Shown here: positions 31,718-43,207 of the stretch, in pieces
Position numbering within the stretch: the stretch's first letter is position 1
Layout: every line of letters begins with the position of its first letter
Assembly (NCBI GenBank): GCA_001661245.1
Contig: KV454018.1
Location: 439,944 to 503,943 of the forward strand
DNA from: Pachysolen tannophilus NRRL Y-2460
Lineage: Eukaryota
Reading direction: 5' to 3'
Length of the DNA: 64,000 nt
The notes under the pieces: generated by a model
Told to the model about the DNA's origin: nothing
Databases searched by the model: none
What the model saw: the letters and a program-made list of their open reading frames with translations, nothing else
Program-made: the position numbers and the translations under genes

Positions 31718-33079
31718 ATGAGTTTTTCTTCTGTTGTATCGTCGTCACAAGATGATGAGGTGGGACAAACTCTTGGAAGTCTTTTGGAGAATGAGTCTAA
31801 AATAAAGCCAATATCAACAGGTTCAACGGCTTTGGATAATGAATTGGAAGGCGGTATAAGGAGTGGTTGTCTTTATGAGATATCTGGGTTGATGAATTCT
31901 GGGAAATTGGAACTTGTATTGGAGGTGGTACGCCGTTATTTGATGAAGAATGATGAAGTGTTATGGGTTGATACTAATTCCAAGATTCCTTTAAATCATT
32001 TACAAAAAAAGATCATGATGGTGCTGGATGATGAGCCGCATGATAATCATGATAATCATCTTGAAGCTTTATCATATGTTAAAGTCTATAGCTTGGCTGA
32101 GTTATTAGTATTATTACAAAATTTGAATCTGGGAATTGGGGGGAAAAATTATTCGTTAATAGTTATAAATGAATTTGCAGAATTGGTTCATTCATCTTTT
32201 TTAGAATTAGATATTTTATTATCTGAACAAAAGGAGAAAATAGATGAATTGAAACAGAAATTTGAAATTGAAAGAAAGCAAAGAGAAGCTGTAGGTGATA
32301 AATATATTGTGAACGAGAAAGATTTACCCTCATTAGGTTCAAATATTGTGGTTAGGCAAAATCGTACAATTCAAGAATTGATGTTATTGTTGAGTACATA
32401 TTGTACTCAGTTCAATTCTTCTGCCTTGCTATTAGGATCTATGAACACTTTAACACGTAGATTGTATATTGAAAATGAAGATGTGCAACTGACTTCATTT
32501 ACTACTGAAAATTCTGAATTAAGCTCAAGTCAAATGTCAACTTCTAATTCCAATTCAAACATTAAAGCCATTCTCCAAGCAAAATTGGTACCGGTATTGG
32601 GGATTGATAACCCTTGGAAATCTTATTTGAAAAATAGTATTGTATTATATAAAGATTGGTTACAAGATATATCAGTTTTCAAACTTATGGGTGATAAAGA
32701 TGAAGATAAAATTAACTCACTACAAACTGTTACATGTGCAATTCTTACATCAACTAGCTATATACCAGTCTCTAATAGTGACAACAAATCTTCACCGCAT
32801 CGAAAAGTATTGAAAAATAAGAAAACGGTAAGATTCTTTGTAGATGAAAAGGGAATCCGAGATTTAACCATTGTCACACCAAGAGATTTTTCATTTTCAC
32901 AACTTCAGTCTGAACCCATTCAAAAACTACAACAATTGCCATCACATCATTCGCAATTAATTCCAAATTCAAAAAATTCTGAAATTACTAGAAATCCTCC
33001 ATCTCAAGAACAAGATGTATCAAACGTCCCAGATGTATCTTTAGAACGTATTTACAGTAGTAGTGATACAGATAGTTAA
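31718..33079 (+). CDS. Divergent RecA/Rad51 paralogue, Rad55-like
   Basis: PISTGSTALDNELEGGIRSGCLYEISGLMNSGK (degenerate Walker A), VLWVDT, YSLIVIN (Walker B-like). ATG 31718 is the plausible start, since the upstream part of the track ORF reads as promoter. Confidence 0.7.
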   Translation: MSFSSVVSSSQDDEVGQTLGSLLENESKIKPISTGSTALDNELEGGIRSGCLYEISGLMNSGKLELVLEVVRRYLMKNDEVLWVDTNSKIPLNHLQKKIMMVLDDEPHDNHDNHLEALSYVKVYSLAELLVLLQNLNLGIGGKNYSLIVINEFAELVHSSFLELDILLSEQKEKIDELKQKFEIERKQREAVGDKYIVNEKDLPSLGSNIVVRQNRTIQELMLLLSTYCTQFNSSALLLGSMNTLTRRLYIENEDVQLTSFTTENSELSSSQMSTSNSNSNIKAILQAKLVPVLGIDNPWKSYLKNSIVLYKDWLQDISVFKLMGDKDEDKINSLQTVTCAILTSTSYIPVSNSDNKSSPHRKVLKNKKTVRFFVDEKGIRDLTIVTPRDFSFSQLQSEPIQKLQQLPSHHSQLIPNSKNSEITRNPPSQEQDVSNVPDVSLERIYSSSDTDS

Positions 33080-33454
33080 GAAAGTTCAAATCCAAATTCA
33101 AATTCAATTCCAAATCTGACTACTCTTCTAAACTCCGATAAACAAGAACTATAACTACAAATAGGAAATGACAAACTCATCATCAACTTTTGCATTGAAC
33201 CGTTAGGGTTGAACCGTTAGGATTCAACTGTTCAACTTGATCATATAGAAAGCAAAATGCACTTAACGGGTTGATATTTCCTTTTTGGAAAGTGTTGTTT
33301 TTTTTTTTTTTTTTTTCTGTATGCATAACGGAAATAATAGCAAAATAGGATTTTAATATAAAATGGCCTAAGATGTCTATGAATTATTGGATATAATTGT
33401 TGGACTGGACGACTGGACTGATTATAAAGATTGATGAGATAGTGGTTGCTAGTC

Positions 33455-35194
33455 ATGACACAGAATTCGAGTGATGGTGATGAGTCATCTTACGTTGAAG
33501 CTTATAGACTGGACGAATTTGATCCTAATTTTGTGGAGAGACAGCTGAGTAATCAATTTGTTGGTGGAGATGAGATATCTTCAGCTTATGAGTCAGATTC
33601 TGAAGAAAGTAATGGAGATGAGCATTTCGAAAATGAAAAAATCAAAGATATTAAGACCGGATTACTGTCCCAGAATGGTGTGGAACCAGAAGTTAGGGCA
33701 GAAGGTGAGCCAGTTCGTGAGGCGGTACGTGAGCCATTACATGAGCCATTACGTGAACCGGTACGTGAGCCAGTACATGATGGAAATTCTTCATTATCCA
33801 GGACTGCATCTAGAATAAGTAATTTTTCACAGAAAATTAAACAAAAATTTGGATTTTTCGATAAAGGTTTTAAAGGTGATAGAATTGTATTACTGTTTTC
33901 TTTTATCAAAATATATGTTATTATGCTGACTTTAATATTGGGAATATTTTCCATATATTGGGGGTCAATATATCGCAGGCAGGATAGATATCCAAATTTG
34001 AAAATGTTGGTAGTCATTGAAGACCAAGAAGTTGACGGTATTGCCCCATACCTTGGGCAAGCCATTGAGAAAACAGCTAACTCATCTACAATGGTAGCAC
34101 TAGGTACTTGGCATGTAAAGACTGAGGATGAAATGACAGCATTAGCATCCAAAGATGGTCTTAGTGTTTATGAAGAAACAACGAGACTTGTACATCATCA
34201 AAAATATTGGTCAGCGGTATATGTTCGACCAAATGCGACTTATGATATCTATAGTGCATTCAAGAATGCCAATTCTTCATATTCTCCATCGTCTGAAATG
34301 TTTGTTGAAATGATTTATGAAACTGGAAGAGATTTTGCAGCAGTATCTGAATATATTTATCCTTTTTTATTAATTTTTCAACAAACTTTTATATCTAATA
34401 TCACTGAAAATTTTTATTCACCTTTACTTCAAGAATTATCAGATGATGAAAAGACTTCATTAATTCTTGATCTGCCCAATTTACTTAATGAGATTCCATA
34501 TGTTGATTTTTATGATATGAGACCTGCTAATAATCAAGTTGTTCTTGCACCTTCACAAGTTGGATTAATTTATTTAATTATTTTAACTTTTTTCCAATTC
34601 AATTTTTTTCTTCAAGTTCATGGTAAAATTGCACAAAAACTTAGAACTTTACATTATGTTGTTTATCGTCTGTTAGCAGCACAAGTTTCTTATTTAATTT
34701 TATCACTTGCTTATTCTGCAGTTTCTGCTGCTTTTCAAATAAATTTCAATAATGCTTATAAAGGAGGTTTTGGTGTACAATGGATGTTCAGTTATTTAAC
34801 CATGGCAGCTGTTGGTGGTGCTAATGAAAATGTTGCATTAATATGTTTTGCTACATACCCTCCAGTTTTAGGTTTTTGGCTCTTGGGTTTTGTAATTATC
34901 AACATTTCACCAACTTTTGCACCTTTAGCCTTGTGTCCACATTTTTACCGTTATGGTTATGCTTTCCCAATTCATAATTCTGCAGAAGCAACAAAAGTTG
35001 TATTATTTAATACTTATAGAGGACAACTTGGTAGAAATATTGGTATATTAATAGCTTGGATTGTAATTAACAATAGTTTACTTCCATTTACATTAAAATT
35101 TTTTGCTTCTAGAATGAGGAAAAAGGCACTTGCAGCAAGTTCACATGGTGGATCTTCTCCAAAACAACTTTCAAATGCTACTCCAAAAAAATGA
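33455..35194 (+). CDS. Sng1/YJR015W-family membrane protein (DUF3533)
   Basis: IFSIYWGSIYRR, VHHQKYWSAVYV, YETGRD, APSQVGLIYLIILTFFQFNF, AVGGANEN, FYRYGYAFPIHN. Confidence 0.85.
   Translation: MTQNSSDGDESSYVEAYRLDEFDPNFVERQLSNQFVGGDEISSAYESDSEESNGDEHFENEKIKDIKTGLLSQNGVEPEVRAEGEPVREAVREPLHEPLREPVREPVHDGNSSLSRTASRISNFSQKIKQKFGFFDKGFKGDRIVLLFSFIKIYVIMLTLILGIFSIYWGSIYRRQDRYPNLKMLVVIEDQEVDGIAPYLGQAIEKTANSSTMVALGTWHVKTEDEMTALASKDGLSVYEETTRLVHHQKYWSAVYVRPNATYDIYSAFKNANSSYSPSSEMFVEMIYETGRDFAAVSEYIYPFLLIFQQTFISNITENFYSPLLQELSDDEKTSLILDLPNLLNEIPYVDFYDMRPANNQVVLAPSQVGLIYLIILTFFQFNFFLQVHGKIAQKLRTLHYVVYRLLAAQVSYLILSLAYSAVSAAFQINFNNAYKGGFGVQWMFSYLTMAAVGGANENVALICFATYPPVLGFWLLGFVIINISPTFAPLALCPHFYRYGYAFPIHNSAEATKVVLFNTYRGQLGRNIGILIAWIVINNSLLPFTLKFFASRMRKKALAASSHGGSSPKQLSNATPKK
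33707..33778 (+). repeat. Coding 12-bp minisatellite, 6 copies (EPVR/EAVR/EPLH/EPLR/EPVR/EPVH)
   Basis: GAGCCAGTTCGT GAGGCGGTACGT GAGCCATTACAT GAGCCATTACGT GAACCGGTACGT GAGCCAGTACAT. Confidence 0.9.
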
Positions 35195-36562
35195 AATTGA
35201 GAAGAAAAAAAAAAAGAATCTATCATTAAATAGTTTCTTAATTTACTTATGTATAAAATAAAAAAAAGATATATATAAATTACATGCATGTAAAGTAACC
35301 CAAACTCAAACTCAAACTCAAACTAAAGTACTTTATCTCAAAAACTCTCGCTAGTAAAACCATATATATAATAACGAACTAAACGAACAAACATTTCCGC
35401 TTATCATTACTACTCAGGTCCTACATACATTTAATATTAAAGCCATACTGCTGAAACACTGTAAATCCATTTATTCACTAAAAAAACCAAAAAAGAGAAA
35501 TAGGCAGCAGGAAATGGGCGAAAAATAAGATCGACACTAGTGAGGGAGAGGGGGAGAGAAAGGGCAGGATTACGGCTAGGCTAACTGCTAGCTGCCGGGG
35601 CCGAGGACCTTGCATTTCTCCAGGGGCTTATTATTAAAAAGGGCTCAAGATCGATCTTTCCTTTAAACTTGAAAGAAAAAAAAAAAAAGTTTCCGGCTTA
35701 CTGCCGGTTAAAACCAGCAGAGGTGGTGAGGGGGCCCTAGGGGAAGCCCAACTGGGGAGCCCAACTAGGGGGCCAACTAGATTCCACCTGGGGCTAGCCC
35801 GTTCCTGCCCGCCTCGCTTCGAAGCATCATCAGCGGTAAATCATCGGTCAAAGTTTCAAAAAAAAAAGGGCATCTCATCGGTGACCAAATTAAAACAATT
35901 TCAAGTTGAAAAGTGAAAAATTTATTGATCATCTTAGAAATTAGATCTACTCAAAATTAACCAAAAAAAAAAAAAAAAAGAAAAACCTTGTTGCAATCAA
36001 CTCTTGAGACATCTGGCTACATCTTCTTCTTTTTATATATATATATATACTTTTTTGGCTCTCTTATTTTCCCAAAAGTAAAAATAGAAATTTGAGGAGA
36101 GATATGTATCTTCGCCGGCGATCAGCCCATATATACTTTAAAGAAATCTGTGTCTTTTTTTGTCCTTTTTTTTTCTTTTTTTTTTTCATCATCAAATACT
36201 ACCCGATCTGGGCTAATGTAAAAGGAAATTTGATCTAGGTCTTGAAGTTTTTTAGTCTATTTTTCTTTTATTTTTACTGCTAATTTATTCATCTTCATTG
36301 CTATCTTTATCTAACATTTTGTTTTAGAATAAAGAGACCAACAGGGATCAAAATTCAAAATTTGAAAAAAAAAAAGCAATAAAAAAAAATTATTATTATA
36401 TATATTTATAATTGTATTTATATTTAATTTAATTTTAATTTTAATTTAAATTTAAATTTGTATTACTTGTCATTCAACAAAGAGTTTTTGCATTAAAAAA
36501 CTCCAAAAAAAATTTTTTGTTTTATCAAGAACATTATATATATATAGTTAAAGAATTATATT

Positions 36563-37768
36563 ATGGCTTCATTATCATATACTTCATCGAGGGATCCTTT
36601 TAGAAGTGTCAATCCTTCTTCGAGATTGAGTAGGATGTCTAGTGAAAGTTCACTTGTGTCTTCCAATGAAATTTTCCATGATAATTTTTCAGTCAATGTT
36701 GTTAATCAATCTAGATATAAAGTTTCATTAAAATTATCACAACGAGAAATTGAATTATTAAGGGAGAGTTGGACTCAGATGTTAAACGATAATCCTGGTG
36801 ATAATAATGGTGGTGGGAATAGTGATGGGACAAATAAACTTAATTCTTCATCATTTGCTTCATCTTTATTTTGTCATCAACTTTATGATAATTTATTGGA
36901 TATGGATCCAAATTTAACAAAATTATTTCCTAGTATAAGACATCAAGCTGTATCATTTGCAGGGATAATGAATGTTGCAATTGCTAATTTAGAAAATTTA
37001 AGTGTTTTAAATGATGTATTAGAACATTTAGGAAGAACTCATGCAAGAATTTTAGGTATTGATTCTCCTTATTTTAAATTGATGGGTGAAGCATTAATAA
37101 AAACTTTTCAAAATAGATTTATTGCAAGTGAAATGGATTTTACCAATGAATTAGAAGATTATTGGATTAAATTATATTGTTTTTTGGCAAATTCAATTTT
37201 ACAAAGTGGAATTGATCCTATAATTCGTTATGCTGAAGATGATATTTCAAAACAAACAATGCTTGAAATTGAAAATATTTCTGAAGATGAAAATAGTTTA
37301 TTTGATGGTACAAGTGTTTTAAGTAAAACAAATTCAACTATTTCTAATTCAACAAATGTTGATAGTAGTAGTAACAGTCACGTGAGCAGGACTTCATCAG
37401 TAATCTCACCTTTTATTAATACAAAAAATTCAACAAATTCAACAACAACAACAGCATCATCAACAGTAAGAAATTCTTCTTCTTCAGAATCAATTTTTTC
37501 ACCAACTAAAAAAGCTTTAAGAAACTTTGCCAGTTCTAACTCTTCGAGTAAACTGAACAATTTAAACAATAACAATAATAATAATAATATCACTCAACCA
37601 ACTCCTGCAATTCAAGCACCAACACCTACCCCAGCAGCTCTTGCTGCTGCAACATCAGCAGCAGCTACTTCTACCAATGGAGCTCATAAGTTGACTACAA
37701 AGAGAAAATTCTCAAAATTAGGAAGAAGCAGCAAGAATAACGATGATGGTACTTGCATAATTATTTAA
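36563..37768 (+). CDS. Single-domain globin with S/N-rich tail and C-terminal CaaX (YNL234W-like)
   Basis: REIELLRESW, FCHQLYDNLL..PNLTKLFPSIRHQA, LEHLGRTHARILGI, MGEALIKTF, WIKLY. Ends CIII*. Confidence 0.88.
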   Translation: MASLSYTSSRDPFRSVNPSSRLSRMSSESSLVSSNEIFHDNFSVNVVNQSRYKVSLKLSQREIELLRESWTQMLNDNPGDNNGGGNSDGTNKLNSSSFASSLFCHQLYDNLLDMDPNLTKLFPSIRHQAVSFAGIMNVAIANLENLSVLNDVLEHLGRTHARILGIDSPYFKLMGEALIKTFQNRFIASEMDFTNELEDYWIKLYCFLANSILQSGIDPIIRYAEDDISKQTMLEIENISEDENSLFDGTSVLSKTNSTISNSTNVDSSSNSHVSRTSSVISPFINTKNSTNSTTTTASSTVRNSSSSESIFSPTKKALRNFASSNSSSKLNNLNNNNNNNNITQPTPAIQAPTPTPAALAAATSAAATSTNGAHKLTTKRKFSKLGRSSKNNDDGTCIII

Positions 37769-38216
37769 GTTCCTAATTTATTATTTACAGCATTCTTTTA
37801 TACTATTTTTTATTTTTGGCTTTTTTTTTTTTCATCCTTCTCTTTATTTTTTACTTCCCTTTTTTTTTTTCTTCCTACCCTCCAGTGTATAGCTTGATCC
37901 AATCTCTTTTCATATAGAGCCTCTACAGTAATATTATAAGCTTAAAGACGATGCATATTAATTACTAAAATACACTAAATTTGAACTAAAATGAAGAACA
38001 GTTTTAGTCAAAAACTTTTCACAGCCGTCAGACATCTTCAGCCGCACCGCGAGATAAAGTTTAAACTTTTGGCAAAAAAAGAAAAAAAAAAATTTTTTTT
38101 GAAAAATTTTTCAATGTTTTGTACCTCATCTATCTTATCAAGAAGAACCTGAGCAAAACTCAAACAATTCAAAGTCAGATATAGTCTTGAAATAAAGGTA
38201 AATTTTTTTTTCTTCG

Positions 38217-39556
38217 ATGTATCAGGTAAAGTTTTTGAAGCCAATTTCATTTGCTCATGGTGATGGGAAAAAAAGTGTTGGGAAAAAGCCAATTTGCTCC
38301 AAGAAAAAAAGTTCATTTTCTTTAATTTCACCCCAGTCTCAGCAACATTTTCTTTTGATAACTACATTGCTAACGGTGGTGAATGATTTAGGAGAACTTT
38401 TGTATTGTGGGGATTTGAAAGTTAAGGTGGATGTTAGAATATATCAGCAGAATAGTAAAGATGATGGTGTTGTACGGGCATTTCCTTCCAAGTTTCTTTA
38501 TAAATTACCAATCATATCGTCAAGTGAGATGAGTTGGAAGTCAGGATATAGGACGATGGAAGTTGATTTGGAAATACCTGTTTCTTTGTTGAATACGTTG
38601 ACGATACAACATAAGCAGGATCAAGATATTTATGCAATTGTTACAGCAGAAGTTGTACCTGATTCTTATTCTGATTTTGATTTAGTTATGGGTTCTGATG
38701 ATAGTACAAGGTTAAAAGTTGCCCAAGATTCATACAAGATTATGGAAGGACTTTCATCTCCAATTTTTGAAAGCAAAGTATTAAAAGAAAAAAATTTTCA
38801 ATTTTTGCCAGTAACAAGTTTACCGTTGAAAATTATCACTAAAAATACTTATTGTACTAATGGACCTAAGATTTCAACAGAAAGGATTAGTATGAGATAT
38901 CTTCCAATTTATAATAAATTTCCATCTGACAATAATTGTAGTGATGATTTTTTTTCTAAACAAGATATAATGTTGATAGAGGAATTAAGTCATGGTATTG
39001 CAAGGCACTTGTGGGATGCAGGTATAGTAACTGTTAAGTTTTTACCTTTGTTGTTGGGAAATTATCTTAAAAATAATGGATCCAAAAAAAAATGAATATA
39101 TTGGAACTAGGAACAGGAATTGGATTAGTTTCAATTTCATTATCAAAGATATTCGAAGGTAATACAAGGATTGTTGCTACAGATTTAGAAGATGCAAGAG
39201 AAATTTGTGTTGAAAACATTCAATTGAACAACTCTAATGGGAAAACCTCTATTGAATTTCATGAATTTGAATGGGAATCTGCTGGTAACAATTCATTATC
39301 AGAAAAACATCAATGTTGGGATTTTATTGTAATAACTGACTGTACATATAATTCTTCATATTATAATGATTTAAATAATGCAATTCTAAAAGAATCCGGA
39401 AAGGAAACCATCGTCTTATTGGCTCATAAATTTAGAGACGGTCACAGTGAAAGAAAATTTTTCGAAATGTTTAGAAAAAATTTCATATTAATTAACCAAT
39501 ATTGGTTTCACTTTGGTTTTGATAGTATTCACATTGGAACTTACAAAAAAATTTAA
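38217..39556 (+). CDS. Seven-beta-strand protein methyltransferase (Methyltransf_16/METTL21-like), frameshifted at A9 39084-39092
   Basis: First ORF ends after IARHLWDAG. The overlapping second ORF supplies NILELGTGIGLV, ATDL and DFIVITDCTYN. One extra A fuses them. Confidence 0.82.
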
Positions 39557-39650
39557 TCATTTTATTAATCACTATCATAATTAAAATTTCTAATAACACA
39601 TGTTTAGCAAAAGAAAAAAAAAACGAAAAAACAAATTGCAGGGTACTATT

Positions 39651-42600
39651 CTATTCATATTGTTTCTCCTCAACAGGTAATATAATATCTTCATCTACTA
39701 TGATAACTTTTGTCAGATTCGCTTCTGATTCATCTTCTTTTTGTTCTTCCTTTTCTACGCTACTATTACTATGATTATGGAGATCAGAATCAGAATCCTT
39801 TTTTGGTGGTACCGGTGAATTTAAAAATGGAGATTTATCACTAGTAACAGGTGATTTTACGGAAGGTGATTTTCCTGATCCTATGATATATGAACAGTCT
39901 TCACATGTATCACACACATGATTATCTTTTTTCCATGGATCCATATCATAGTTTTCGATTTTTCCATGTCTTGGATGGAATACTTTCTGGTAAGCTCTAA
40001 TTCTTCTTCTTGAAAGTCTTTCTTTAAAAGATTTTGTTGTTTTCAAAGAAGTTGTTGATTTTATAGATTTTATAGATTTCAGTGTTGGAAGAGGTTGTAA
40101 TTCTTCATTTTCGCACTCTAAATCCATAGTCTTGTCATTTTTATGTTTTTTCTTCCTTTTTTCCTTCTTTGGCTTCTTGAGTTTTTTCTGCTTTTCATCT
40201 TTTTTTTCATGTTCATCCTCATCTTGTTCTTTTTCTTGTTCATTTTTTACTTCTCCTTCTTGTTCTTCTTCTTTTTCTTCTTTTTCTTCTTCGATAGACT
40301 GTTTTGTATCCATGGTCACCACTGATGTATCTTTTGACTCTTCAATTGTATAATTATTCTCATTATTTTTCCTTCTTCTAAAAATTCTGAAATGACGTCT
40401 ATTTTGCTTTTGAACAGAACTTGAACCTTTTAAATTCTCAATTTCATTTGCTGTTTCTGCTTCTGCTTCTATTTCTGTTACTGCTTTTCCTCCTCTTTCT
40501 GCTTCTGTTTTTTCTTCTGCTCCTGAATCTTGGGTTACTGGTGAGTGAAATTGAGTTTCTGTTTCTACATCTACCATTGTTTCAGCTTCATTCAAATTAA
40601 AACTAGTTTCATTTCCCAAAGCTAAAGATTCGTCTTTTTGTATTTGACTTAAATCTTCAGTATCAGATTCTGTCAAGAGATGCTTTTCAACAAATTCCGA
40701 AATATCATTATATCCGTCAATTGAATATGAGGTTCTAACAGTTTTAGCTGTTTCCAACTCTTTTTCTTCTTCTTCTTCTTCTTCTTCTTCATCTTCAAAG
40801 TTTGCGTTTGTAATTTTTGGACTAGTGACGCTAGAGATTTGCTCACTTAAATTTTCCTTTGAATGGGGATGCAGACTCAAATTATCATCTTCAATATCAC
40901 TCTTGACAAGAGCATGTTCCCCAATATTTAAAGCAGGAACATCCATTACAGTAGGACTATGATCTGGTTCAAACAATTCAGCCTTTAGTTGATCATCTGT
41001 ATTACTTTCATCTTTTAATAAATCATTGTTATTATTATTATCGGTTTTTTCAACATTATCAAAAAGCATATCTTTTATACTTCTAGCAGAAGATTTTCTC
41101 TTTTTCAAAGATAAATTCAACAGACTTCTGGTTTCAAATTTTTTTGTAGTTACTTGTGTTTCATCTTCTTCTTCATTATCATCATCAAAATCAACATTAT
41201 CATTAGATATCAGTGTAATATCAAATATATCTGAATCAATTCTTGCATCTTTCAAATCCAAAGGAGTTATTGTTTGAGTACTTTTATCGATAACATCAAT
41301 TTCTCTTTCCATAAAGATGAATCTTTCCATACTCTGATCCGAGACATCTAAACCTTCACTATTTTTTTTACTATTCCTGTAAATACGAGAGTTTAAATTT
41401 AAATCTGAAAATTTTGAAACTAAAGATCCTAAAGAATTTACTCTTTTCTTACTCGATGAGCTATAATTTCTATTTGAATTAGGACTTGACTTTCTTGAAA
41501 ATTTAGTTTCAAAATCAGCAGTAGATGAGCTACTATTTTTAGCTATAGATTTATGATTTTTAATTTTGGTGTCTAAAAAGACAACAGTCTTTTTGGAATT
41601 TGGTCTTGTTATACTTTTATAACTTTTACCACTGCCACTTCTTGTATTTTTCTTTGTACTTGTAGCTACATTTATATCTGAATTTTTCCATAAATCGTCT
41701 TTGCAATCGAAATGGTAATCAAGGGTATCATAAAAAATCTCAGTACTAGAAAATGCAGATTCCGTTTTGCTTCCAGGAAGAAAAGCTGAAGATGATCCAA
41801 CTACAATTCCATCAACGGGAGTTTTTGGAGATTCAGAATCTGATCTACTTCTTGAATTTGATTTTCTGAAATTATTGTTTAATTCAATTTCATTTTGATC
41901 AGAGTCTTTTCCTTCTGAATTAGAAGGTGATAAGGAAAAATCATAATTTCCTTCAAAATTAGAATGTAAATGTGATTGTGATTGTGATTGTGAGGTCGAT
42001 GGTGAGGTCGATGGTGAGGGCGAGGCCGACAAGTTGGTGTATGAGTGGGAAAGGTTGTGTAAACGTGAGCGTGAGCGTGAACGTGAATGTGAACGTGGAC
42101 TTGAACGCAAAGGCGATCGTAATGGCGATTGCCGCAAAGACGAGCGCAAGGGAGAACGCAAGGGAGAACGCAAATTTAAATGAGAATGAGAATTAGAATT
42201 AGAATCTGATAGTTTACCGCTGAGGGGACTTTCTGGAGGAGGAGAAGTAGGAGTACCTGTTGATTTTGAAAATAAGTTTTGTCTTTTTTTTGATTTTAAA
42301 GCTTTTGTTTTCATATTTTTTGACTTTTTCTCTCTTTTTGATTCATCTTCATCATCAGCATTATCATCATCATCAGGAGAAGATACAAGTTTCATCTTCG
42401 GATTAGCTTCTGATAATGTCAAATTTTGAACTTCTTGTCTACCATAACTATATGGATAAAAATTATCTAAATCAATTTCAAAATTCATACCATCTTCTTT
42501 TTCTTTAATTTTACCACCACTTCTTGGGAAACCAAATGATATAAAACTTTTCTTTTTTTATTTGAACTTAAATTTGAATCATAAATTAAATTTTCTTTAT

Positions 42601-43207
42601 CTTCCATTCTTTTTTTACGTAATATTGGACTTGAATTTCTTGTTATAATTCCAGATATTTTTTCAAAATTTTCTACTGCAATTGCTGGTTTTGAAGGAGA
42701 CAGTCTTGAAGATGAAGAAAAATTTGATATTGAATTTTTTTTTTGCCCGCCTCTCCTAACAGTAGTTGCCATATCAGTAGTAGTTGTTGCCGTTGCAGGT
42801 GGAGTTTTATTAACATTTGATAAATTTAAATAACGACTTGTATCTTGTGATAAAAACCCATTTCTAAAAGTATCATCACCTGGACCAGCACCAGCACCAG
42901 CACCAGAACCAGAACCTGCAACAACACCGTCATCAGTACCAGCGCCACTCTTTATTAAAAAGGAAGAAGGACTCCTACCACTATTATTTTTATTGTTTTT
43001 ATTACTTTTTGAATTCTTCATTTTAGTTTTCAAAGTTGATGTCGATCTCGAAATAGAATTCGATCTTGATCTTGATCTCAAACTCGAGGGAGTTACCGTT
43101 ACCCCTTTTTCGGAACCAGCCGAGGTTGGTAATTTAAACTCATCCTTGAATGAAAACAACTTGGAAGAGCAGTAACACAGTACTGACGACCCATCCGCTT
43201 CCTTCAT
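39651..43207 (-). CDS. Large Ser/Lys/Glu-rich disordered protein, probably one gene split by a frameshift near 42553-42559
   Basis: Overlapping 240-aa and 945-aa ORFs of similar composition. One extra A in the A7 run gives NKKKKSFISFGFPRSGGKIKEKEDGMNF. No family recognised. Confidence 0.6.
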
